64,000 nt of DNA from Heptranchias perlo. Lineage: Eukaryota. Numbering within the stretch: the first letter of the stretch is position 1; each line of letters begins with the position of its first letter. Below the pieces are notes generated by a model. That model did no database searches, was not told the DNA's origin, and saw nothing but the letters and a program-made list of their open reading frames with translations. The position numbers and the translations under genes are program-made. The stretch is taken from contig NC_090354.1 of the NCBI RefSeq assembly GCF_035084215.1, positions 3,472,001 to 3,536,000 on the forward strand. The letters run 5' to 3'. Positions 37,501 to 50,302 of the stretch are shown here, in pieces.

Positions 37501-39447
37501 TATTAAAGTTTACATCATAAACGACACTTTTGTACAGAGTTTTTTTGAGATCGTGCAGTTTTTCCTTTAGTCCGAATTAACGTTGAAATTTACAATGGAG
37601 GCCACGCGTCCCACAAGCATTCAGAAACGTACAGCGCAGAATCCAATGTGCTCTTGATAAGAATTACTGCGTCGATTAAAAAAACATTGAGGCAGAAGTG
37701 AGCGTGGAACGATCCCCGATGCTGGTGGTTGCACGGTGAAAACGAGCCATATATAATTCTAAGATATTTAAATCAGATTCATACAATAAAGGTGACAGCA
37801 ACAGCACCAGGAGCCCTGCATAGTCATTGTTTATAGAAGAATTACAATCACGGAGCTGTATTTAAGTAAAGAAATCTTTTTCCAAGGGTCGCATTATTTT
37901 TTCCAGATTTGAAACAGAGTTCATTAATAGCTCCTTAATAGAGTAACACTAAATCCGAGGAGGGTTACGTATTGCGAGCAGGACATTTACTGCAAAGTGG
38001 TGTCAAACGCTAATTACCATGGAGAAATTCACACAAACATTTGATTTTTAAAACTTACACAAAAATATTGATTTCTCTTCCATAATGCAACAATAATAAG
38101 ACGGGCACCGACAATAAATAACCAGTGATACTATCTTAACTGCAAATAGATGTAAGATAATGTTGTAGGTTTTATAGTTTCTCCTAATTAATCAAGTTTA
38201 GTATTTAAAAATTTAAATACTCTCACTTTTGAATCCAAACTGGTTAAACTCCCAAATCACACAATTCAGTCCACAATGGTTGTTATGCCCTTAATCCTTC
38301 TCTTTCTCGCTCACTATTTCGTTCGCTTTCGTTCAAATGTACAAATGAAGGAAAGTTTAAAATGCTGAGCGGCCACACAAAGAATAGTTGTATATATTTA
38401 TTTGATATACCAGTGAAATTGGTATGTGTACATATTATCGAATGTACGATGACACCAACAACTTGCATTTTCACAGCGCCTTTAACGTTGAAACAAAAGT
38501 TCTAAGTCGCTTCAGTGAATGTAACGCCATCGTCTCAGGTCTTTGGATATAATATGGATACATATATAATAACCATCACATTGAAATGTTAAATTTTATG
38601 AGGCTTTTATCGGTTCCATTAATTCTAGGTTTATTCTTGGAAAGTTTGTACAAATGGGAAAGTTCAGGAAATTCTCCCGTTTTATTTCACAAAACTCACC
38701 GTCAGAACAGAAAGTCACCGCCGTTTACTATCAGCTCGAGTCGGTGCGCGGTAGCCACTGAGAGAGGGACAATACCGGGTCTTATCAGTTGCTAACCGAC
38801 AACGTACGGTCTTTTTACACACACACACATATATATATACGGTTAGAAGACGATGAAAATTAAATATAATTTGTCACAACTCGATTGTATTTGTGCAGGT
38901 CTATTATAATTTATACTTTTGCTACTTAAAAATATACTGTTGAAGCGGAGATCGGTTGACTTTCAGCTTCAATCAAGCAATTTCCTGGGACATTTCTGCA
39001 TCTTTCATATGATTTCGCTGCAACTTAACCAATGATCAGTCTCCCACACAGACTCGTTTGGAAACGATCTAAAACTCGATCGTTAGTCGTTCAAGTTAAG
39101 TTTAAGATTGTAGGAACTTACAGGGAGAAGGCGTCACAGTTACCAAGTTCCGAAGGCGAATCCTGCACTTTTCTTATTTTGTTTTATAGTTAATTTCGGA
39201 ATCTCACAGAGGGCCCGGAGAATGAAACAGTGCGACGCCACGAAAGGAAATAACGATAATACCACACAATCCACCAAGAGTCTACCTCCCGACAGAAATT
39301 TTCCTTGGAAGCACATCGGCTTACGGCAAACCGCAGGTAAAGGAATCAAATATTAAACTCCATGCAGCGAGTTAGCATCTCAATTCGGTAGTTATTCTGT
39401 GTCTTTATTGATAGCATGAATCAAACAGAAATAGCCAAGAACGCAGC

Positions 39448-39585
39448 TCTCTATCTATCTATCTACATATCTATCTGTCTGTCTGTCTGTCTGCCTAACT
39501 GTCTCCCTGTCTGTCAGTCTGTCTGTCTACCAATCAATTAATCTATCTAATCTATTTATCTGACTATTTCTCTATCTATCTACTA
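39448..39585. repeat. (TCTA)n/(TCTG)n compound tetranucleotide microsatellite
   Basis: ctatctatctatct...gtctgtctgtctg... seen directly. Confidence 0.9.
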
Positions 39586-40501
39586 CCAAGCCTCAGTTTT
39601 CCAAGTTGAAGGTGACGTAATAATTTCCCCTCCCTCAGCCCATCGTTTCCCCCTTTAACTCGTTGCCTCACAGGGTCACAAAATTGTGGCGCTCTTTACT
39701 TTTCTCGGGCTTCTCTTCATCTTTCAAAACGCTGGTTTGTAAAATCCAAACTCAATATCAACAAACCATCGTTTCCTGTGCACCTCTTCTCTCCGAATCT
39801 TTTCATATCCCTGTCTCGTTTGGCCTGCATCTGGGCTTCTAAATTAAACTCAAAATCAACCTGTCCATTGATCCAATCTAATTCGCTCAAGGTGAAGGTG
39901 ATGTCCCAGCATCTTCCTCTCTGCAAACTTCAAGACTCCTTTAAATTCTTTCAGCAGTAGACGAAGCTGCTTTGCATAAATCCTCTACTATAATAAACAG
40001 AAACACAAAACACGCAAAAGCGAGGCCTGGATCCTCTGTCTTAATTTAACAATAGGATAGAAAGAGACTAACGCTAATAGTAACAAAGTAATACTCTTAT
40101 AATAGTCCCCAAGTACTAAACTCCCTCCTCCTTCCTGAATTAATTAATGTTCCAAGTTGGATTGTTACCGATTTTAAAAATTATTGATACTTAAAAAAAA
40201 CTATTCACATGTGACTAGGAGCTGCGCACAGTTCCAGGGGTTGCAAAAAAATCTCTAAATGAAATGCAGAGAATGAATATTTTAAATCGAATGAGATTTG
40301 GTAGTTAACATGGTGATCCTTTAAAATATCACATTTTCAGTAAATTACACTTTGTTAACATCAGCATCAACCCAGATTCCGCGCTGTATATTATGAAACA
40401 GAAACACCGGAACTTCCACCACAGTCAACAATTCTGACTTATTATTGGGTCAAATAAATCCACCCATTGACCACATACAATCAATTGTACATTTATTCCT
40501 C

Positions 40502-40648
40502 TCTGAGCTTCTTGTGCCTCGGATGGGAACGTGCCGAATCTATTCCAGGAAGTGATCTTGCATGAGCTTGCGGTTTTAGGCCCACAAGGACATGCTTGAT
40601 TTTTTTTTCCAGTTAATCCACATTGATGACATTCTGATCACGAGTCTG
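40502..40648 (-). pseudogene. Possible, highly decayed Hox11-like homeobox remnant (speculative)
   Basis: Fragments QTRD / NV / INWKKKSSMS / KITSWNR / KKLR are collinear with Hox11 QIRE / NV / INKEKRLQLS / KIWFQNR / KKL. The alignment needs several indels. Confidence 0.2.
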
Positions 40649-40864
40649 CGTCAACCATCTCACTCACTCTTAAAGCCGTGTGAAGGTCAAGTTATTTTGA
40701 AAACATTCCAAAACGTTCACAGCTCAAACGCAGATAAAGCACTTTTAGCTCCAGAATTTACTCACGGTGCAAATCTATAACTAGGAAAGCAACAATTAAT
40801 GAAATATGGCCCCATATAATAAATAGCTGGACAGACATTCCTTCTGACTAGCTTATACGTGAAT

Positions 40865-41010
40865 NNNNNNNNNNNNNNNNNNNNNNNNNNNNNNNNNNNN
40901 NNNNNNNNNNNNNNNNNNNNNNNNNNNNNNNNNNNNNNNNNNNNNNNNNNNNNNNNNNNNNNNNNNNNNNNNNNNNNNNNNNNNNNNNNNNNNNNNNNNN
41001 NNNNNNNNNN
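40865..41010. other. Assembly gap (N run)
   Basis: Run of N. Confidence 1.
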
Positions 41011-44000
41011 TATCAAACGAGCCCTTTCTCGTGTTCAGACATAAGTTGCCAACCACCAACTCATTGCAAGGGTATCATCTCTTTACAAAACACCCAAATC
41101 AAACACGATCACAAGATCTGCACTTATTCGGCGCCTAATTTATTTTTTAGTCGGTATAGCTTTAAGGATTTTGACTTTCCTTCTCGTGGCACTCCGAACA
41201 CTGACTCTGACATTGTCGGCCCCTGTTGTAGAACAGTCGCATTTTAATCTATTTTCTAAATGTAAAAATAATCGCTTGTCTTTATTTTAGAAAGGAATAC
41301 CATAAAGGCCCACATTGCATTTCGATTTCTCAACAAATAACTTATTGTCACGGCAAATAGATACATCATTCTGTAGCCACTGTAACAGCAGCGTGTTTCC
41401 GTTTTTAATAAAGGAAGAACTATATAAGCGGGATACCTGTAATCAGGTGTTAATTATTGGCTTCTTTTCACTAATAAAAGCTAATCACATTTAGCAACTT
41501 TTGAGATTTTAAAACGACATGTAAACGATTTAAAATTAACAACTTGATTTTAATTACTATTTTTGTTGTTTTCGCCACATGAAAATTACATTTTTGCATT
41601 TCAGTTCAAGTTTAAATAAAATTTAAGTGAATTTTCTTACTCAGTCTTGTCAGTTTGATCAGGTCGAATGGACTTAAATGTAACAGTGTCGCCTTGACCC
41701 AGCTAGCGGATAAAGAGAATGCGTCTACAATGACATATAAAATCCAGCTTTAAATCTTTACCAACAACAGTATTTTAGCTCGGCAAAGCTTGAGGAGGAA
41801 ATCTCCGTTCAGAATGAAACGAGTACCACGGTTTATTCCTCGTTTCAACTGATTGCAAGGGCGCGTTTAAATTCTAATATTTTTTCTATATAAATTATTA
41901 TTAAGTAAACGTTGAATTTTCCTCAACTTCTCATCCACTTTGACTTTCGGTCTTTGGTAATAACAATGCGAACTTAGAATGCCAATAAGGATCTGTCGCT
42001 CTACATGCTGGCAGCCATAGGAATCTTACACAGTTACGAATATTTGATAAACTTTAATAAATTATAAATGGCTTTCTATTGAATCTTTGGAGTTGTAATC
42101 ACAGCTTTGCACAATACAACTTTAAAAACAGCATACAATAGGCCCAGGGCCTAAACAAAGATACAACTATTTCCGCGATCAAAAATAAAATGTAGACCCT
42201 TTCTCAAGGAAAATATCTTTAGTCGCGTTGTAAAATTATTAATCACTGTTCGAAAATAATGGATCACTTATACTGTCGCTCACGTGATGGCGGTTGCTGC
42301 ACAAACTGGGAGGATTTTGTTGAACGTTTACTAAAGATTTTTATATACGGTTTCGCAAGAAATGGTGCAAACATATTAAATGCCTTTCCGACGCGCAGTA
42401 TTTTTCTCTATTTTTCTCTTCCAATTTAGCCATCGGAATAATACAATTTATACATGGGGCACTTTCAAGTAGAATAGCTAATGTTGATTTCATAAAATAA
42501 ATCCGATTTTTACTTACAAAATAAAAATATTTAAGAATCTGTGTATCCCTGTTAATGCTGCATTAATCTCTGATAATACAGTCATATGTTGGGCTAATCT
42601 TTACAAAAGTAGAGAGTAGGTACACCATAACAGTCAACGAGTTTGCACTGACTATGCGATCCATTTAGAGAGTCAAAGATTTATTGGTAATTAATGTTTT
42701 GGAATAATAGGTCTTGGAAAATTGGAGATTCTTGTATCAATTGTCTCATTATGGAAGCAATTTTTCTCCGTATGTTGAGACAGCACTGGGCTAAATTAAA
42801 TGCAAACCGCCGCTGCAATACTTCAGACTGCCACTTGAGGTCAGTGTTGCTCCACAAATGGGACTAAGAAGACCTTGGACTTTAATTGTGACTGTCTTGA
42901 GGCTGGATTCAAGGCTAAGAATTATCCATTGTATCCGTAGTTCTATTTGTAGCATTAATATGCACTAACTAAGTTAAACTTCATATGGCACGTCACAATC
43001 TAAAAATGATTTTTAAATTTAACTTCAGCGATTTAGATCAAGCTTGATTATTATAATTATAAAATGATGTACGCAAGTAAACCAGCCAATAGACTGATCT
43101 AATAAATATTTTTAACTAATAAAACTTCACATTTGAGTCCTTTTGTTGTCCTACTGTGATCCCTAAATTTTAACTTGCATCGAATTTAAACCGGAGAGAG
43201 ATGGCGATCGGTGCGTTGAAGATATTGTCTCTTTATATATCATAGAGTAACAGACGAGTTATTTTTTAAACTCTGGGTTGAAAGGTTGTCTGCGAACTGT
43301 TCAATAATTGCTGGGGCTTCCTACCAGGGAAATGATTGATGTTGGTGTTCATACAGTTTTGAGTTACAGCATAAGCAGGTCGGGAAATAAAAGCCACTTT
43401 GAAAGATCATTGTGCATTAAACTGTCTTCCATTCTTTACTGCTTTTCCAATTAGCCACTTCCAACTCTCCGACTAGCCTTCCTGTTGCTTTAAGTTAGTG
43501 ACCAACAAAAAAAAGGCTGCATCACTGATGAAAAACATTTTTCTTAAGTCTGCTCATTTCTCCTTGTGTAGCATCTATGGTAGAGTTAGATTATCATGAA
43601 GATTAAACCGTGTGACAGGCAGTATTAGCCTAATCAGTAATTCAACTTGAAATGATTTATCCTTTTCAGGGTAAATAAAGGTAATGGCATCAGCATTGAG
43701 ATCAGCACTAACTTCATGCGCTCTTTGGGACGAAAATAATGGATTCCACACATTGAAATCATGACTGAAGCGAGCGATATTTCTTGCAGAGGAAATCAAC
43801 AGTAAATTAAGGTCAAACTGGGTGTCGAGCGTTTTCAAAGTCAACAACTTTCCTCACACTTTTTTTCAGAATCGAAATAAATAAAATCCCCGTCACACTG
43901 AACAAAACATCACATTCCAGACTCACACTAAATGATTACTTTCTGAAACAAAGAAATTAAACATTGAACGAAATACTTATAAAAACAAACTTTGTTACAA

Positions 44001-45321
44001 CAATTCAAAATAATCCAAATCGCAAGGATCAGAAACACACAACGGAACCCACAGAAAACTGCTGAAGAACTCATCAATTCAATATACCAAGGAGTGTTAT
44101 TTCTAAACACAACACAAATTTCCGAAAATAAGCTAGTAGCAGGATATCTGAACCCAGCTGCTTATGAAAGCGGGAATCTAAAATAATGAACATAGGGAGT
44201 TCTATATTCAGGTGTTGCCAAACCAGCTCAATAACACGGAAGAAAGACGCTTAAGTCAAAACAGATCAGGCGACCATGTCCATTTACTCAGTTGCGGTAT
44301 TTACTGCTTTGACTACATCGATGTGCGGAACCAAAAATCAACCCGGGGGTAAACGCTAAGCAGGGATTATATTAATGCATTAGAATTCTGCAAGTCCAAT
44401 AAGGAGCTAGACCCCAAGATAAGATAGGGGGGATCTGATTTTCGTTGCGACCTGTTCTTTTTACACGTGGTTTGGTGTCTGCCGTTAGCTCGCCTGATAT
44501 GCTATTCTGGACCATGCGTGCAACAATCTTCCGCTTCGATTGAATAAAAGCTTCAGTGATGTACAAACAAGATCCAAAACATTACTTTCAAGAATCCCGC
44601 CATTGCCAGGAGTAACCTACGGCCACCAGGAAGGTATACTTACTCACCTGTCAGATTCTTACGGTCTGTTTAGGGGTCTCCCCAAACTCTCATTTGTTGC
44701 TTTAATACTGCACGCCTTCAGTTCCTCAATGACCATGGGTCGTGGGATCTGTGCTCTTTCCCCCTCCCCGTTCGTACGCGCGCTGCAGATTTTATAACAC
44801 ACTGCATAATATTACTGCTATTAGGGCTTGACGTTGATTGCGCCATCCTGCGGATTATGCAGATTGCCCCCCGTTACTGTTTAGCTTTTGAAAAGAACCC
44901 TTCGTGTTATTTAGGAGGCTGTTGTATTTATGTGAAGTCGGCGCTGCGTGTACTTTCCACCTCGTTTGGTCAGTCGGATTGATGCCAAGGGAGGCTCATT
45001 TCAAAATGAGTCGTTAACATGTTATTAAAGATCAGTGAAATATAACTGTAGCCATGACAACGGTTTTTGCCTGTTATTGGCGCAACATGGCAAGGTTACA
45101 GAACATTGTCCACTGCGTCAGACCCTGGAAGGCCCATCATCCACACAGTTAATAAATAGATTCACTTTCTGTCAACAGGGGGAAAAAATCCAGCGCCAAG
45201 TTTGAACGCCTCTTGTTTTTTTTGTGCTTTGAGGCTGCTCGGAGCCATTAACAGATCGTGAAACTGATCCGTTTCCGGAGCGAAGTTTGGAAGTTTGTGC
45301 TGTTAGTGGAATGTGTTTGTC

Positions 45322-45364
45322 TTGACCCCGGGGTCAAAGGTGACCTTGACCTGACGGAAGTTCA
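45322..45364. promoter_or_regulatory. Cluster of nuclear-receptor half-sites
   Basis: TTGACCCCGGGGTCAAAGGTGACCTTGACCTGACGGAAGTTCA: six RGKTCA-like half-sites in 43 bp. Confidence 0.5.
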
Positions 45365-46828
45365 AAGACAGTGCTTATTAGACCAGAAGAAAAAAAGACG
45401 GTTCGGCACTTAAAGCATTTGCGTTTTCTGAGAAAGGCAGAAAGAGAGGGGCGATAAAAAGCGAGTAGGGAAAGAATGAAGGGGAGACAAGAAGATAAAG
45501 AAAAGGAAGACGGGGGGGGGGGGGGTGGAGAGAGAAGCGAGAAGGTAAAAAGGGGAATAAAAACAGAAATATACAACGGATCAGGCAGCGTCTATTAAGA
45601 AAAAGGACGGGTTATTTTGCGTTAAGCCCTTCATCAGAATTTGTCAATTTCTGTTTTTAATTATATATGACCAGCGTTTGCAATTTGTTTAAAGAAACAG
45701 GCAGCGAGGGTAGAAAAGGGCGGAGAGACAGAAAGACCGAGACAGAGGAATGAAAATAGAAAAAGGAAGGCGGAGAAAGACATGGAAGAAGATGAGAAAG
45801 GAGACTGAAACAGAAGATAAGAGAGAGAGCAGGGACAGAGAGAGAGAAAGAACGGAACAGGACAAAACACAGAAAAATAAACTGTTTATTGAATTGTCAA
45901 CAAAACCCTTGCGTCTTTTTTCCTATCAAAGCGATTCTAGAGAAATAGCTTCATCGACACAACTGCACCAATAAGAATGGGACCTGATGGAGAATTGAGT
46001 TTATCAGAGAGATAAAACTACAATAAAAGTTATAGCTCCAGAGATCGAAACATCGATTTCAAGACGAAATTATCTTATTGGACAGGATAGACCGTTGAAA
46101 ATATGTCTTAATTTTTCTTTTTTTATAAACCTTCGATGTAAACCGGCGGAGCCTGGCCATCCCAATGAGATGCCCATCTGGACAAACTGCTTGAATTTAT
46201 TTCACCAAATAAAGCCCCGGCCTCTCCTATGAGTTTTGGGTTTAATTCATAGTGTGTACCTCCTTTTCCCCCAAAACAAAATGTTACATGCAGTATTTTC
46301 CTTTATTATTTTCTTGATTACCATTTGAAATTCTTTTTCCCCATTTCCTCCCCTTCTCCCCCAAAATTTTGTGTTTCTGTATATTTTAATTTTAAAATTT
46401 TTTATTAAGTAACAATGTTGAAAATGTCCATTGCAGTACTATGTATTCAGGAAGCTGAAACTAGCAAATTGGTTCCCCGCCTGTATAGAAGGCGAGTTTG
46501 TTTTTAAATATTGATTTGTAGGGTTCTGTCACGGGGGCAAATATGGCCGCTCCGATTCCCATGTATTCTGGGAATAAATAAATGTCCGTCCACGATCTTG
46601 GAGTGAGATTATAACTTTTTAGTTTGGCCGTCGTCCATTCAGCAAGTCGTAGTTAAAAAAAAGAAGATAAAGGCAAAGATTGGTTGTACTCAAGAAGGAG
46701 AGAGGGAGGGGGACAATTCTTGTTTTACCCGATATGTAAGAAAGTCACAATTCGCATCATGTTTGCAAGTTGTTTTTTGCTATTTTTTTCATTTTATGGC
46801 TTCAGTCGAACTTCTCTTCCACGGAGCG

Positions 46829-47205
46829 AAAGAGACAGAGAGGTAGAAGAACAGAGAGAGAGAGACAAAAGGACGGAGTATGGTGGAGAAATAAACAAAG
46901 ACAGAGACAGAGAGGGGAGAAAAAGGGACAGAGACAGAGAGGGAGTGATAAAGGGACAGAGACAGAGAGTGGAGAAAAAGGGACAGAGACAGAGTGGGAG
47001 AGATAAAGGGACAGAGAGAGAGAGGGAGAGATAAAGGGACAGAGACAGAGTGGGGGAGATAAAGGGACAGAGAGAGAGGGAGAGATAAAGGGACAGAGAC
47101 AGAGTGGGGGAGATAAAGGGACAGAGAGAGAGGGAGAGATAAAGGGACAGAGAGAGAGAGGGGGAGTGATAAAGGGACACAGACAGAGAGGGAGTGATAA
47201 AGACT
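46829..47205 (+). repeat. Purine-rich minisatellite, unit ~GGGAGAGATAAAGGGACAGAGA(C/G)AGAG
   Basis: About 10 recurrences of GATAAAGGGACAGAGA at ~22-26 bp spacing. Confidence 0.9.
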
Positions 47206-47336
47206 GAGAATGCGACAGTGAAACAAACCGAATGAAGGCGACGAGAGAACTTTTAAAACAATATTTCCGCTCTCCATTAAATCTGATTGGTTAATTGGGA
47301 CTATTTACCCGGTGCGGCACACATTCAGTAATTAAG

Positions 47337-47830
47337 ATGCATGCTGGGTATGTGTTGGATACATACTGAGTACATGCTAGTTGTATGCTGGGTACATAAT
47401 GGACATACGATGGGCATATGCTGGATATGTGCCAGGTACATGCCATGTATCTATTGGGTACAAGCTGGGCACATGGTAGGTACATAGTACTGAAATGCTG
47501 AATGCATGCTGGATATATGGTGAGAACATGCTATGTTCGCCATGTATATACTTGATACATACAAGACACATGCTTGTTCATGTTATATGCATGCTGGGTA
47601 CATGCTAGCTAGATACTGGATCTATGCCAGATCCATGTTCGGTGTATGAAGGTTACATGCTGGCTGTATGCTCAGTACAAGTTGGGTGCATGCTAGGTGC
47701 ATACTGGCTACATGCTCAGTACATGTGGGGTACATGCTAGGTATATCCTGAATATTTGCTTGAAATTTGATATATATTTGTTAGGTACATCTTTGCACAT
47801 GCTACATGTAGCTGCATGCTGGGCATGACT
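47337..47830 (+). repeat. Degenerate short-period tandem repeat, unit ~GTACATGCTGG
   Basis: TACAT/CATGCT(G/A)G recurs every ~11-12 bp over ~500 bp. Confidence 0.75.
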
Positions 47831-50302
47831 GGCTCTGGATAAGTGCAGATGCACGTGGCTAAATCCTAAAATATTTAGATAACGATTTGTTTCGCTTGTT
47901 TCTGGGGCAACCACGTGATTTGGCCAGTTTTCCCCTCCGCTAATAAATGGATTCTTAGACATGTAATAACTCGCAGCATTATTTGTTGCTTTTAATGTCG
48001 TTAGAGTGCAAAATCTATGAAATTGCGTCGATCCTTAAGTGAAATTAATTAAATACCAACGCAGTAGCCATTCTGGGCTCTGAGCGATCAGCTGGAGAAA
48101 TAAACTGGCCTGTCAATTCTGTAAGACTGAGATTGAAGGGATGCATTTGATGAGATTGACATGTGATGACCGGGCGCACATTTTTCCAGTGTGCCCTGTA
48201 AATTATGAACTACAAGGGAGGACAATAACTGTCGATATTGTTGATATAACCGTGTCTTATTTTGGTAGAGTACAAATTATATAACTTTCTCGCCAGTGGC
48301 CCGAAGCTTTGTGGCCGCTTGTTATATAAAGCGGAGGAAATGGTCCATCTTGAGGTTCGAAATTCGATCTGTACCAAATATTGGAAGCAGCAAAGATAAT
48401 AGAGGCTAGGTTCTAGCCCGAATTGTTATATTGTGTGCGCCGGTCCAGAGGGTCAGCCAGATATGTATTCGGCCGGACCAGGCCTGGAATACGTGGTTAG
48501 CCTCTCCTTCAATTCCTCTGATGCAAATGAATTAATTTGTGTCTTTTTATCAGATTTCACACCTCCTGTTGAGATCCCAAACACTCGTTGTTTTATAATG
48601 ATTATTGTCATCGCTGTTTATTGTGGGGCTATGATTCTAGTTTCCGTCTAAACTTCATTTGACTTACGCAATTTTTTTTTTAAAACTGCGAAATAGGAAG
48701 TGAAATATTTCTACTGAAGGAATTTACAGCGGAGAACATTTATTTATCAGGAACAAATATGATATTGGTGAAAATCTGCGTTTAAGCTTAACTTAATAGA
48801 TCAGAAACACTCACTGAAATAACATTATGTGTTGAGGCATTTAATTTTTAGTTAAAAGATTCAGGCAACCACTTTTGAGAATGCTGAATTAGCAAACACT
48901 TTAGATTTTCCCGCCAGGAACATGCCAATAAGTTATTGGAGAAAACTTGCAACTGAATGGTCAACATTATTTTATCTGCATTGCTATTGTTACATATTAT
49001 TCTGCGTTCTGAAACAAGGGTTCTGGGGCGTCACCACGCCGATTCCACGAGACAGTTTTCATAATGGAAATCTATCTTACTAGATACATTACAACAGATA
49101 AGAATTCTGAGACTAAGATTAATAATTAAGAATCTGTTCGCTTTAATTATCTGTTGACAGCGATCTGTGAGACTATGAATCATTCCAGGTCCTTAGCTCT
49201 CCATCAGTTGGAGGTTCTGGTACATTCCTCTTGTTGATATAATAATCTGTTTATGTCACTCGGTGTGCCCGTTGTGTTCTGTTTTTATGACTGAAACCAA
49301 GCATAATAAAGATGTTAATGTGAAAAATGTGATAAAACGCCAGCAACTCCATGAATGTTTAACCTCGAAGTGCACAAGGAACTTTATATGACCTTACATG
49401 GCTTATTGCCCGCCTCCATCTTTTAACTAAATGGTCATAGGGCCCACACCCAGCTTAGTAGCGCGAATAATCGACAGGTAGAGATTCGTATATGTACTCT
49501 CAAGAAATTAAAATAATTTTAAATATAAAAAAAAATTGATCCGTTGATTTATAGTATTTAAAACAAAACCTCACTAGGCGTCATTTATTATTTAGAGGCA
49601 TTGCTGCAGATATTCCATTTGGCGAATTAGCTGCACTGGAGCCGGAACCTGAACCTTAAATGTTCATTCCTTGCTGTATCTATATGTCAAGGTATAATTC
49701 ATTACACGACTGTCCCCTTACAATCTTACACTTGTATAAGTCCCTTTTTCCAACGCGGGACAAAGACTTGCTCTGTCCATTCTTTATATACAGGAATAAC
49801 GATTTCTTCACAGTTAGCTCATAGAGGAAATCTCTCCCATAGTTAGTAAATGCAATTCACATAAATGGTGATGGTGTGGCTGTGAATTACTGGATCCTAC
49901 ATTTTAATGGCTGGACCACCAGTTACATTTTCCAATATATGATTCATAAATGGTCAACCATTTCAAGATATTTCTACATTACATGTACAGCAGATCCCTG
50001 TTTGCAGCATTGCGGCTTTATTCAGAGAAGTCTCTACTGGCCAGACTGGTTTAGCATAACTGAACGTACCATTATTAAGCGTATCTTCACTGACTGTGCT
50101 GTTGCTTATTATATAATTGCTAATAATCCAGTAGTTAGTGATTTGTGTCTCAGGACATCAATATGAATTAGGTGATATCAGGATTACATAATGCATACCC
50201 ACTTAGTCTGTTCTGTTCATTTGTTTTTTAAGAGATGCTTTTGTAAACTGCAGGTTTGAAAACGCGTTCTTGCAAGTATTCTTAAAGCTCTTTGTCCTTG
50301 AA

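Noticed and set aside
39700-39926. Minus-strand ORF containing EKRCT...FTNQR, considered as a Hox11 remnant
   Set aside because: Spacing is incompatible with a homeodomain and matches are too few.
42240-42300. Faint similarity to the Hox11 exon-1 motif FDQFFETAY
   Set aside because: Under 25 nt, needs indels, and no supporting N-terminal motifs nearby.
45334-47571. Several ORFs of 64-162 aa rich in S/L/E/R or C/M/Y
   Set aside because: Translations of AG-rich and CATG tandem repeats.
47337-47830. Regularly spaced motif considered as a CRISPR-like array
   Set aside because: Eukaryotic context, period of only ~11-12 bp and no unique spacers; a degenerate minisatellite.
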